64,000 bases of DNA from Granulosicoccus sp. (GTDB lineage Bacteria > Pseudomonadota > Gammaproteobacteria > Granulosicoccales > Granulosicoccaceae), in contig JALZUD010000079.1 of the NCBI GenBank assembly GCA_023301725.1, forward strand, positions 3,324 to 67,323, written 5' to 3'. The notes beneath the pieces are model-generated. The model made no database searches. It was not told where the DNA came from and saw nothing but the letters and a program-made list of their open reading frames with translations. Position 1 is the first letter of the stretch. Each line of letters begins with the position of its first letter. The translations under genes and the position numbers were made by a program. This document shows, piece by piece, positions 10,575 through 19,840 of the stretch.

Positions 10575-10718
10575 GCAACTCTTGTGAATGCAAGGAACTG
10601 GAGTAATGCGTGCAGCAACATAAGTCGCAACGTCTGTTGTTGCGAGCTTACGTTGCGGGCCTTCGTTGCAGATTGTTTGCAGGTCTGGTTGCAGAGTAGG
10701 TTTGCAAGCCGGGTCGCG
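10575..10718. repeat. Phased inverted array of GCAAC/GTTGC motifs upstream of gltB
   Basis: GTTGC-like at 10639, 10652, 10665, 10676, 10688, 10701, 10713 (11-13 nt period); GCAAC-like at 10575, 10590, 10615, 10627. Confidence 0.6.
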
Positions 10719-10728
10719 GACTAAGGCT

Positions 10729-12564
10729 TCAGGGTTGAAGCAGCACAGCTTTAACTCGGGCAATGGATCTGATCCACGGCTGGTCGCGCTGTGCGGAATC
10801 TGGCATACGCTCGACAGCTTGTTGTGCCTGGCTAACCCCTTCGAATGAGCCATGTACCAGCGCGTACCAGACTTCCCCAGCTCTTTCGAAAGAAAAAATG
10901 GAGTTGGGTCCGGGTAATGGGTTTCTTCGCAGAAAGTCCTGAATCGAATCAAGATCTCTGGAGGCACTCAATTGGATGGTGTACCTTTCGTCGTCTTGCA
11001 CGAGTATCCAGGTGGGTGACTCCAGCACGCCGGCAAGCGTGCTGTCTATAGGCTCAGGGGTGTTCGCAGGCGTAGCTTGTTCGGCGGGCTCTTGAGCGAC
11101 TTCGGGTTCGGTTATTTGTTCGTTCAGTTCTCTCAGGGCGGCTTGCGCCTCTAGAGCCTCTGCCTCGGCAACAGCGTTTGCGGCATCTTCAGCAGCGGTA
11201 TCGTCATTGGCAGATACAGCACTGTCATCGGCTACGGGCGCATCTGGCGTTTGCGCGATCGCGTTGTCAACGCTCGAATCGACTGCCTCATTAACGTTGT
11301 CAGTGGCCTCGACGGGGCTGTTTATGATGGTGGTATCCTCCGCCACAATAACGGTTGGGGACCTCGATTCTGAATCCAAAGGAGGCAGGCTTGCTACATC
11401 AGATGCAGCGTCAGCGATGGCGTCCGTTGTGTCTTGAACGACATTGTTAGCCGCATCCGTGGCATTGCTCGCCGCATCCTGTATCGCATTTGCCTCAGTT
11501 GCATTGGAGATAGTTTGGCTATCGATGACCTGCAAATCAGGCACCTCAACGGTATTTTCCGAGGATTGCGCGATTACGCTGGTTCCTGGCTCAGAACGGC
11601 TGGGGTTATCATCGGCTCGGAACATTAAAAGCCCACCTACGATCAATAAAGTGGCGACTGCTCCCAAAGCTAGCTTGCCAAAGCTAGACTGCATAAAGCC
11701 TATTGGCTGAGTGCTAAGCAATTCATTGGGTAGCTCGTTATCTATACGGCCGTATTTTTCATTGAGTACATCAGCAGTGAGCAGGTTTAGCTGGCCAGGC
11801 CTGCCTGCGCTGTGTTCCACAAGGCTGTCCATGTCCCGTTCTGTGAACGGAAATTCCTGATCAAAACCTGCCAGTTGTAGGCGGTAGTCTATGTAGGCCG
11901 CAGCTCTTGGAGCTGACAAGCCCTCTACAGTCAGGCTGGAATAGGGTAGATCAGCGCCTTCTGGTAACAATTCAGGAATGGTGTCTTCAAATTCTTCAGT
12001 GGCGGCCAGCGTGATACGCATCAGGGTTTCGTCCTGACTATTCATGTACAACATGCCGCTGAGAAGCTGCGTGAGCTCCTCCTTTCTTGCCATGTGAGCG
12101 TCGTCCAGAACAATGGTGCAAAGTGTGTTTCTGGCTACCATGGACTGCAAATGTGGGATGAGCTCGTCGAGCACGTCTTTGAGATTTGCTGGGGGGGCTT
12201 GATGAAATGCTTCCAACATGCCTGAAAACAGAGTCAGAGTCTTGAATCGCTCGTTTGCGGCCACCGGGAAACATTGGATCCTTAAGCCGCTATTGGCATC
12301 CAGTTGTTTCAAAAGGGTGGATTTACCGGCACCTAGCTCTCCCAGCACCAGCAGTAAGTCGTCTCCGGTGATCAGAGCTTGTTTGATATCAGCTAATTGC
12401 TCCTCTGTGACGTCATCACTAAAGGGCAGTACAGCTTCGTCGTCCTGCTTTAACGAATCTTGCAACTGCGCAGTAAAGGGCTGATGTTGCAGATGCAGGG
12501 TTGATAGTGTGGCATCGGACAGCAATGCGCTGTTGTCCTGATCCATTGCATCTTTTGCCGGCAT
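10729..12564 (-). CDS. ExeA-like AAA domain plus SPOR domain protein (DamX-like)
   Basis: GELGAGKST P-loop, VLDDAH, one TM segment, acidic Ala-rich linker, C-terminal YTIQL..WYALVHGSF..PWIR SPOR; usual position after aroB. Confidence 0.85.
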   Translation of the reverse strand: MPAKDAMDQDNSALLSDATLSTLHLQHQPFTAQLQDSLKQDDEAVLPFSDDVTEEQLADIKQALITGDDLLLVLGELGAGKSTLLKQLDANSGLRIQCFPVAANERFKTLTLFSGMLEAFHQAPPANLKDVLDELIPHLQSMVARNTLCTIVLDDAHMARKEELTQLLSGMLYMNSQDETLMRITLAATEEFEDTIPELLPEGADLPYSSLTVEGLSAPRAAAYIDYRLQLAGFDQEFPFTERDMDSLVEHSAGRPGQLNLLTADVLNEKYGRIDNELPNELLSTQPIGFMQSSFGKLALGAVATLLIVGGLLMFRADDNPSRSEPGTSVIAQSSENTVEVPDLQVIDSQTISNATEANAIQDAASNATDAANNVVQDTTDAIADAASDVASLPPLDSESRSPTVIVAEDTTIINSPVEATDNVNEAVDSSVDNAIAQTPDAPVADDSAVSANDDTAAEDAANAVAEAEALEAQAALRELNEQITEPEVAQEPAEQATPANTPEPIDSTLAGVLESPTWILVQDDERYTIQLSASRDLDSIQDFLRRNPLPGPNSIFSFERAGEVWYALVHGSFEGVSQAQQAVERMPDSAQRDQPWIRSIARVKAVLLQP

Positions 12565-12696
12565 GAGTTTTTCGCGAGTGAGTTTAACTTTCGAGGATAA
12601 TACTATAGAGGCAGGCTCACTGATATGGTGAAGTGCAGTAGCCGCAGGATGCGGCGTGATTTAAAGCTCAGTTGAGACACACGGGTGCACCTAAGA

Positions 12697-13773
12697 CTAT
12701 GCGCAAAAGTGCATGAGCGTTGCGTGCAGCGCGCTATGGTCAAAATCACTGCTGACACACGCGTCGCCAATATCGTCTAGCAAAATGAGCCGAAGTGTTC
12801 CGGCACTCACTTTTTTGTCGCGCGCCATGTATTTGAGAAATAGCTCTGGAGTCATGTCCTTGGGTGGCTCCACAGGGAGCCCGCAACGCTCAATCAGTGC
12901 AATCCCCCGTTCTCTTGTTGACTCATCAATCATCCCCAGACGTGCCGAGGTATCCAGGGCCATAGCGATTCCAGCAGCCACCGCTTCGCCGTGCAGCCAC
13001 TCGCCATAGCCCATGCCGGCCTCAATGGCGTGCCCGAAGGTATGGCCGAGATTGAGCAGAGCACGCACCCCATGTTCACGTTCGTCCTGTTCAACGACAT
13101 GCGCCTTGATTTCGCAAGAACGCTTGACCGCGTAGGCGGTGGCTTGCACGTCTCGCTCTAGCAGGGCATCAACGTTGGCCTCCAACCAGGCAAAAAATGG
13201 TGCATCGACGATGAAACCGTATTTTATGACCTCGGCGAGGCCTGCTTTTAACTGTCGATCGTCAAGGGTGTCTAAGGTGGACATATCGGCGATCACAGCC
13301 ACAGGCTGGTGGAAAGCACCGATCATGTTCTTACCCAGCGCGTGGTTGACGCCTGTTTTGCCGCCTACTGAGGAATCTACCTGCGCAAGCAAAGTGGTCG
13401 GTATTTGAATGAAGTCAACGCCCCGTTGATAACTGGCAGCTGCATACCCTGTCATATCGCCGATTACTCCACCCCCTAGGGCAATTAAAGTGCACCCACG
13501 ATCAAAATTTTCTTTGAGCAGCGCACTGTAGATTCGATCAAGTTCACCCACGTTTTTGAACGATTCTCCATCGGGAAGAATAACGCTTGAGCTGGGCGTA
13601 TTGCCTAAGCTCGCCAAGGTTTGATCCAGATAAAGCGCGGCGATAGTCTGGTTGGTTACCACCATGGCCCTGTTACGAACATGCTTGGCAATCAGGCCCT
13701 GTTGGTCGATCAATCCGCAGCCGATGTGAATGGGGTAGCTGCGCTGGCCCAGATCGATAGAAACTGTTTGCAT
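12697..13773 (-). CDS. aroB: 3-dehydroquinate synthase
   Basis: LGGGVIGD, IPTTLLAQVDSSVGGKTG, LNLGHTFGHAIE, LHGEAVA. Confidence 0.97.
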   Translation of the reverse strand: MQTVSIDLGQRSYPIHIGCGLIDQQGLIAKHVRNRAMVVTNQTIAALYLDQTLASLGNTPSSSVILPDGESFKNVGELDRIYSALLKENFDRGCTLIALGGGVIGDMTGYAAASYQRGVDFIQIPTTLLAQVDSSVGGKTGVNHALGKNMIGAFHQPVAVIADMSTLDTLDDRQLKAGLAEVIKYGFIVDAPFFAWLEANVDALLERDVQATAYAVKRSCEIKAHVVEQDEREHGVRALLNLGHTFGHAIEAGMGYGEWLHGEAVAAGIAMALDTSARLGMIDESTRERGIALIERCGLPVEPPKDMTPELFLKYMARDKKVSAGTLRLILLDDIGDACVSSDFDHSALHATLMHFCA

Positions 13774-13816
13774 GTTTTGCGATTTATATAAGTGGGGCTG
13801 TTAGGCGCAGCATAGA

Positions 13817-14359
13817 TTATGAACTGGATTTAGAGGATGCGGCGCAGATGTTTTGTTTATGCAGTTGTCTCAGAATACGTGAGACGACAAAGTGCATACG
13901 CCGCGCATCGGTCGACACGGTGTAATGCGCTACTGAATTGTAGATGGGTTCGCGCTCGCGCATCAGTGCCTCGAGCCTGGCTTTCGGGTTTTCGGTTTGC
14001 AAAAGAGGACGGTTGGCATCCTGGCCTACGCGTCTCAATTGTTCTTTTATATCAACCTGCAGCAGAATGACGAAACCTCTACTAGTTAAGTGATCGCGGT
14101 TTTTTTCTCTGAGTATAGAGCCGCCACCGGTGGCCAGAACAATAGATGGGCGTGCTGTCAGCTCATCAACAATGCGTTCTTCACGATCACGAAATCCTTG
14201 TTCGCCTTCGTATTCGAAGATGGTGGGGATATCCACCCCACAGCGCGCCTCGATTTCTCGATCCGTGTCGATAAAAGGGAAACCAATTTTGCGTGCTAAG
14301 GCTCGGCCCACTGAGCTCTTTCCTGAGCCCATTGGGCCCACCAGAAATATGCTGGACAT
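13817..14359 (-). CDS. aroK: Shikimate kinase
   Basis: IFLVGPMGSGKSSVG, DTD, EGEQGFR, ATGGG, RPLL. Confidence 0.97.
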   Translation of the reverse strand: MSSIFLVGPMGSGKSSVGRALARKIGFPFIDTDREIEARCGVDIPTIFEYEGEQGFRDREERIVDELTARPSIVLATGGGSILREKNRDHLTSRGFVILLQVDIKEQLRRVGQDANRPLLQTENPKARLEALMREREPIYNSVAHYTVSTDARRMHFVVSRILRQLHKQNICAASSKSSS

Positions 14360-14441
14360 GACCTATTTATCAATCTGTGTCATTACACTATACCGGAGGT
14401 CGTGCTCTCACGGAGTGCATGCGCGTTTTAGATTAACAAAT

Positions 14442-14473
14442 AAAAAAGGCCCGCGTGTGAACGCGAGCCTTTT
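14442..14473 (-). terminator. Intrinsic terminator after pilQ
   Basis: Minus strand AAAAGGCTCGCGT-TCAC-ACGCGGGCC-TTTTTT. Confidence 0.75.
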
Positions 14474-14562
14474 GTAAAACGACTTGGCGGTAGGCCTAAA
14501 GAGTAAGTCTAGAGGTCCACCGCTAGTGGTCGATCACTACTTAAAATTACTGCAACAATGTA

Positions 14563-16746
14563 TCAGTAGCTCAGAGAAACGTTCTCTTTGATGATCTTTG
14601 GTGTCACGAAGACCAGTAGCTCAGATTTTTCATCTTGATTGGTTTCATGTTGAAACAGCTTGCCAATCAGTGGCAGTCTGCCAAAGAAAGGGACAAAGTC
14701 TAGTGAGTCAATAACGCTCTGCTCGTAAACTCCGCCTAGTACAACTGTCTCACCGTTGTCGACGAGCACTTGAGTGCTGAGCTCACGTGTGTCGATACTT
14801 GGTATACCACTGAATATCTGACCCACTGTGTCTTTGTTGACTTGTAAGTCCATGATAATGCGATCGTCTGGCGTTATTTGTGGAGTTACTGTCAATCCGA
14901 GAACCGCCTTACGAAAAGAGACCGATGTGGCACCGCTGGAGGCAGCTTCCAGAAAAGGTATCTCAACGCCCTGTTCGATATAGGCTTCATGCTGATTAGC
15001 AGTTATTACACGTGGGCTGGATATGACTTCGCCTGTGCCTTCTGCTTGCATGGCCGATAGTTCGAGCTCGAGCAAAGTACCAAATGGGAGTTTTGCAAGT
15101 GCAACACCCAGTGAGCCGAATGCGTTGTTGGCGCCAAGGTTAACATTGAATCGACCGTTGTCAGCTGTTACACCGTCTCCGTCGATCAGGCTTTGTACGC
15201 CGGTTGTATTGCCTGATAGTGCAAAGCCTTCACCGTCGCCGTTATTGGTAGCTGTGTTTCGGTTCAAGCCCCAACGCACGCCCATTTCCTTGTTGAAGTC
15301 ATCAGATGCTATGACAATGCGAGACTCGATAAGAACCTGACGTATTGGAACATCAAGGCGATGAACCAGTGAGCGGATTTCGTCGAGTTGATCAACCGTG
15401 TCGTTTATCAACAGTGTGTTGGTGCGCTCGTCAACACTCACGCTTCCACGTTCAGTCATCATGCCGCCCGTCTCTGATTGTAGCAATTCTGCTAGTTCAG
15501 AGGCTTTTGCGTAGTTTGCTTGAAAGAACTCCGTACGTAGCGGTGCAAGTTCGGTCTTTTGCTTGAGGCCTTCAAGTTCAATACGCTCGCGAGTTGCAAT
15601 TTCATCTGCAGGCGCAATCATGATGACGTTGCCAGCTTGTCGCTTGCCCAGTGCCTTGGTTTGCAAAATGATATCTAGTGCTTGATCCCAGGGCACGTTC
15701 TTTAGACGCAATGTCAGCTTGCCGACAACAGAGTCACTCACAACAATGTTCAGGTCTGTAAAGTCAGCAAGAAGTTGCAGTACCGAACGAACTTCGATGT
15801 CTTGGAAATTCAATGATAATTTCTCACCGATATAACCAAATTTTGCTTTGCGGTTCTCTTCAATATCCTGACGACTCATCGGTTTGAGTTCAACCGTAAA
15901 GAGCTTGTCAGATTGATAAGCCAGTTGCTCAAAGTCTTGAGTCGCCGGCTGAATAATGACGCGAGTTCCATTTTTGTTGGAGATAGCATCAATAAACTGT
16001 ACCGGTGTTCCAAAATCCATGACGTCCAGGCGCCGTTGCAAATTGGCTGAGAGTTGAGCTCCCGGGAACTCCACTATCAAGCGGCCGCCTTCCTGGCGCA
16101 TGTCAGAGACAATGTTCGCAGATGAGAGATCAAACAATATGCGTCCCTCGCCCATAGGGCCACGACGAAAATCCAAGCCTTCGATTTCATCAACTCGCGA
16201 TTGTATAGGACCATCGCTTAAGTTCACCGTTGTTGATGGTTCCGCTGTATCTGCCTGTGCCAGAACTAATGGCGCACTGCTTGTGCTGTCTTCACTGACT
16301 GAGTCGCCACCGCCATTGTCGAGAGTAACGAGCAATTGATTGCCACGTACAGAGGTTGCATAGGGAGCTAGAGAGGTGAGATTGATCACCACTCGAGTTC
16401 TGCCGCCTGCCTCTACAGTAGTAACGTTTTGCAGTAGTCCTGAACTAATGGCAATGCGTTTGGCATCCATTGCATTAGTTGTATCAGGTAAATCCAGTGC
16501 AATACGTGCAGGATTTTCAATGGTGAATGACTTCGCTGATTCTGCGGGGCCACTTAGTGTCAATGCCACTTGCTGCTTGTTGCCAGGCAATGTGACATGG
16601 CTTATATCAACCAGTGTATTAGCTGCTGCATGCACGTGGCCTGCTATTGATATTCCTGCCATAAAAAGTATACTGAGCACACGTCGAGCTGTGCGAGTAC
16701 CTTTGTAGCTGGGTCGGGTGTTGTAGTTACGGACTTGCATTTTCAA
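14563..16746 (-). CDS. pilQ: Type IV pilus secretin
   Basis: AMIN-like repeats, LSLNFQDIEVR, LRLKNVPWDQALD, QVLIESRIV, FLEAASSGATSV, ELLVFVTPKI. Confidence 0.96.
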   Translation of the reverse strand: MKMQVRNYNTRPSYKGTRTARRVLSILFMAGISIAGHVHAAANTLVDISHVTLPGNKQQVALTLSGPAESAKSFTIENPARIALDLPDTTNAMDAKRIAISSGLLQNVTTVEAGGRTRVVINLTSLAPYATSVRGNQLLVTLDNGGGDSVSEDSTSSAPLVLAQADTAEPSTTVNLSDGPIQSRVDEIEGLDFRRGPMGEGRILFDLSSANIVSDMRQEGGRLIVEFPGAQLSANLQRRLDVMDFGTPVQFIDAISNKNGTRVIIQPATQDFEQLAYQSDKLFTVELKPMSRQDIEENRKAKFGYIGEKLSLNFQDIEVRSVLQLLADFTDLNIVVSDSVVGKLTLRLKNVPWDQALDIILQTKALGKRQAGNVIMIAPADEIATRERIELEGLKQKTELAPLRTEFFQANYAKASELAELLQSETGGMMTERGSVSVDERTNTLLINDTVDQLDEIRSLVHRLDVPIRQVLIESRIVIASDDFNKEMGVRWGLNRNTATNNGDGEGFALSGNTTGVQSLIDGDGVTADNGRFNVNLGANNAFGSLGVALAKLPFGTLLELELSAMQAEGTGEVISSPRVITANQHEAYIEQGVEIPFLEAASSGATSVSFRKAVLGLTVTPQITPDDRIIMDLQVNKDTVGQIFSGIPSIDTRELSTQVLVDNGETVVLGGVYEQSVIDSLDFVPFFGRLPLIGKLFQHETNQDEKSELLVFVTPKIIKENVSLSY

Positions 16747-16763
16747 TTGTTCTCCGTCTTAAT

Positions 16764-17291
16764 CTATTCTTCGGCCATCGCGAGCTTTGCATCGCGATTG
16801 ACCCAGCCACTTAATCCGTCGGGCACAAGCTCGACAATTCCTATTTGCGTTTCTGAAACCTTAACTATTTTTCCGTGGTTCTGACCAGCGTAATTGCCGG
16901 GTTGAACACGATGAATAGTTCCCTCGGGATCTTTGACAAGACCCCAAGTCTGAGTACTTTGTTGCAATAAGCCAACCATCTTCAAGGCGTCGACTGGATA
17001 GCTTTCCAGTGGCTCCCTACGACGTGTTGCTTCTGGACGTGGTCCGGAATATTCTGTTTCTGCAGCAACTGGTGAAGATGCCAGGTCGGTCTGTGGGCGA
17101 AACGGATCACGTATATCCAGTGCTTCGTAAGTAAATGTTTGATAAGGAGGAAATTCAGGCAAAGGGTCAACCTTGCCATGATGCGCCTGTTTTGTTTCAT
17201 CGATAAAACGTTCGAGGTCCGACATGTCACCACCACAAGCGGTTAACAATGTCGCGATACCGAACATTGGTATGAGTTTCAACCGTTGCAT
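16764..17291 (-). CDS. pilP: Type IV pilus lipoprotein
   Basis: LTAC lipobox, RDPF, RREPLESYP..LKMVG, GNYAGQNHG. Confidence 0.94.
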   Translation of the reverse strand: MQRLKLIPMFGIATLLTACGGDMSDLERFIDETKQAHHGKVDPLPEFPPYQTFTYEALDIRDPFRPQTDLASSPVAAETEYSGPRPEATRRREPLESYPVDALKMVGLLQQSTQTWGLVKDPEGTIHRVQPGNYAGQNHGKIVKVSETQIGIVELVPDGLSGWVNRDAKLAMAEE

Positions 17292-17294
17292 GGC

Positions 17295-17936
17295 TTATTC
17301 TTCCTCCTCGATGTATCTGTAAGTGGTCGCCATTAGATCCATTTTCAATTTTTTTGTTGAATTGCTGGAACTGCTGGTTCGTTGCGTAGCTGCTTGTTTT
17401 AGTTCTTGAATGTCGATATTACTTAGCGTGACAATACGTGGTAACGCTGCCAGGCCACTGATGAATGCACCGAACTGATGGTACTGCCCAGTAACGCTTA
17501 TGCGAATGGGATACTCAGCGTAGAACTCGCGTGGAATTTCAGTATCTGGTTTGAAAAACTGAACTTCCAAGCCGCTGGCAACACTGGTCTGAGACAAGTC
17601 AACTAGCAAGCTTTCGATATCAGTTTTGTTAGGTAACTGACGAAGCATGACGTTAAATGTCTTCTTCATATCTTCCAGCTGCTCGATGTATGCCGTGCGA
17701 TTAGCAGCTTTTGATTGCTCGCTATCAAACGTCTTGCGTAGCTGTATCTCTTTGGCCTCAACCTTCTTTAATTCTGCAAACTGTGGTTTGATCATAAAGT
17801 GAGCCATGCCACCAATGACCGCTGCACATCCTAAAATTATTAGAAGAGCTCGTAGGGCAACCGGCGCTGTACCGATGCGATGGAAATCTTCAGCATCGAT
17901 ATTTTGCAGGTCGTTAAATGTGTCGCTAAATCCCAT
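17295..17936 (-). CDS. pilO: Type IV pilus alignment protein
   Basis: MLRQLP..DIESLL.D, EFYAEYPI, YHQFGAFISGLAALPRIVTL. Confidence 0.94.
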   Translation of the reverse strand: MGFSDTFNDLQNIDAEDFHRIGTAPVALRALLIILGCAAVIGGMAHFMIKPQFAELKKVEAKEIQLRKTFDSEQSKAANRTAYIEQLEDMKKTFNVMLRQLPNKTDIESLLVDLSQTSVASGLEVQFFKPDTEIPREFYAEYPIRISVTGQYHQFGAFISGLAALPRIVTLSNIDIQELKQAATQRTSSSSNSTKKLKMDLMATTYRYIEEEE

Positions 17937-18495
17937 CGTCAGACTCCAATTCGTTTTTAGGTCTGTCCTGAACCAGGCTCAACTTGAACAATGAAATACC
18001 ATCGTCCTTGTCTGTTTCAATGACATCAAGGCGAGGGCCTTTGAAGTAATCACTTCGATCCATGCGACGCATCAATGCCGAGACTCGTGCATTAGATTCA
18101 GCTTTACCTTCAAGCACCAGTTGGGATGACCCACTTTGCTTCATCGCTGTCAGGTAGGTGCCATCAGGAAGTCGTGAGGCAATTTCATGAAAGGTATGAA
18201 CAATCTGTGGACGTTGCGCTTGTAGCTGTTGGATGATTTCCATGCGGGCAAGCAAGTTATTTTTGGTTTCCTCAAGCTCTGCAATTTCTTTGAGCTCTTC
18301 TTGAAGCATGGCAATTTCATTGTTCAGTCGCGAGTTTCTTTGCTCCTGAAAACTGACCTTGTCCTCGGCATATTTAAAGCCTGAGAAACCAACAGCACCA
18401 GCCAGACACACACATAGACCGACCACAAGATAGTATTCTTTGTTGGTCTCCAGGCGATGTGTCTCACGCCATGGAAGTAAGTTAATACGTGTCAT
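17926..18495 (-). CDS. pilN: Type IV pilus alignment protein
   Basis: MTRINLLPWRE, IIQQLQ, G.AESNARVS.LMR. Confidence 0.95.
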   Translation of the reverse strand: MTRINLLPWRETHRLETNKEYYLVVGLCVCLAGAVGFSGFKYAEDKVSFQEQRNSRLNNEIAMLQEELKEIAELEETKNNLLARMEIIQQLQAQRPQIVHTFHEIASRLPDGTYLTAMKQSGSSQLVLEGKAESNARVSALMRRMDRSDYFKGPRLDVIETDKDDGISLFKLSLVQDRPKNELESDDGI

Positions 18496-19559
18496 AGGTC
18501 TGCTCCTCGCATTGCTAAGCCGCAGGCAATCATTAAGGCAGGACCATCGTCCTTGAGGCGTTGTGTGGGAATGTCTGAGCTGACGCTCATCTCGGCAAAT
18601 GGATCAGCAATAACCGTCGGTGTGCCAATTCGCTGTTCGATCAGTTGATCAGCGCCGGCAATACCTGTACTGCCTCCTGCCAAAACAATTTGATCGACGT
18701 AATCGTTCTTGTCCGCGGAGAAGAAAAATTGCAGAAATCGATTGACTTGCTGCACCATGAGATCGCGGAACGGTTCTAATACATCTGATTCGTAGTTATC
18801 AGGCAGTCCGCCAACGCGTTTTACTCGACCAGCGTCCTCATAAGAGAGGCCATAGCGACGCATGATCTCTTCGGTCAGTTGTTTGCCACCAAATGGCTGT
18901 TCACGTGTGTAAATTAATTGTTGATCGCGCAAGATGCTAAGGCTTGTCATGCTGGCACCGATATCGAGCAGTGCAACCGTTTGATCCATGCCGTCGTTAG
19001 GCAGCTGATGTTTTATGCGTTGAAAAGCTGCCTCCATCGTGTAGGGCTCCACATCGACGATCTTGACGTCTAGCCCGCCAATATCAGCTGCTGCGGTACG
19101 ATCTTCAACGTTTTCGCTGCGTGAAGCCGCTAACAATACGTCGACCATGCCTTTCGCATCTTCAGAGGGTCCTAAAACCTGAAAATCTAGATTGACCTCA
19201 TCGAGGGCGTAAGGAATGTACTGGTCCGCTTCGAGTTGAATCTGGGCGTCCATCTCGTGATCTTTCAGGGAATCGTCCATCTGAATCACTTTGGTGATAA
19301 CCATGGCGCTGGGTACAGCAACTGCACAGGCCTTGGTGCGCGTACCGGAGCGTTTGACTGCTTGGCGAATTGCTTCGCCCACAGCCTCCACGTCCTGCAG
19401 GTTCTTTTCATTTACGGCATTGGCCGGTAACGGCTCAACAGCGTAGCTAATCACCTTAAAGCCCTTTTTCGTGGGCTTAAGCTCAAGGAGCTTGACCGAG
19501 GTCGCGGTGATGTCCAGACCGATGAGGCCTGCTTTTCTGGATGATATTTTGAGTGCCAT
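18492..19559 (-). CDS. pilM: Type IV pilus actin-like protein
   Basis: LIGLDI..SVKLLEL, DQYIPY..DEV.LDF, ALLDIGA, FGG.QLT, VLAGG. Start set at ATG 19559. Confidence 0.95.
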   Translation of the reverse strand: MALKISSRKAGLIGLDITATSVKLLELKPTKKGFKVISYAVEPLPANAVNEKNLQDVEAVGEAIRQAVKRSGTRTKACAVAVPSAMVITKVIQMDDSLKDHEMDAQIQLEADQYIPYALDEVNLDFQVLGPSEDAKGMVDVLLAASRSENVEDRTAAADIGGLDVKIVDVEPYTMEAAFQRIKHQLPNDGMDQTVALLDIGASMTSLSILRDQQLIYTREQPFGGKQLTEEIMRRYGLSYEDAGRVKRVGGLPDNYESDVLEPFRDLMVQQVNRFLQFFFSADKNDYVDQIVLAGGSTGIAGADQLIEQRIGTPTVIADPFAEMSVSSDIPTQRLKDDGPALMIACGLAMRGADL

Positions 19560-19620
19560 GTCAGGTTTAGCGCCCAAAAGGCAAACTTCCTTAACCCTGC
19601 GTGATGTTTTTCTCAATTGT

Positions 19621-19642
19621 CTTTGAGAAAAGGGTCACATTT
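19621..19642. promoter_or_regulatory. CRP/Vfr-like site upstream of pilM
   Basis: cttTGAGA-aaaggg-TCACAttt: one core mismatch to TGTGA-N6-TCACA with a consensus TTT flank. Confidence 0.55.
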
Positions 19643-19840
19643 GCTCAACTAAGCGTTAAATCTCGAGTGGGCCGTGGGGAGAGCTTTGTCTCGTCCGTGG
19701 CTGCAGCACTGTTTTTCTGGCGAAACGGCTTCATAAACCCGAAGTGGTGCTCACATTACTTAAGTGTCGGAAAACTTTTACTTTTATGATGCTAGCAATT
19801 GATATAATTTGGTCAATTACAGGACAATACCGGCAAAGCA

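Noticed and set aside
11000-11600. Ala/Asp/Glu-rich low-complexity region of the SPOR protein
   Set aside because: Typical DamX-like disordered periplasmic linker.
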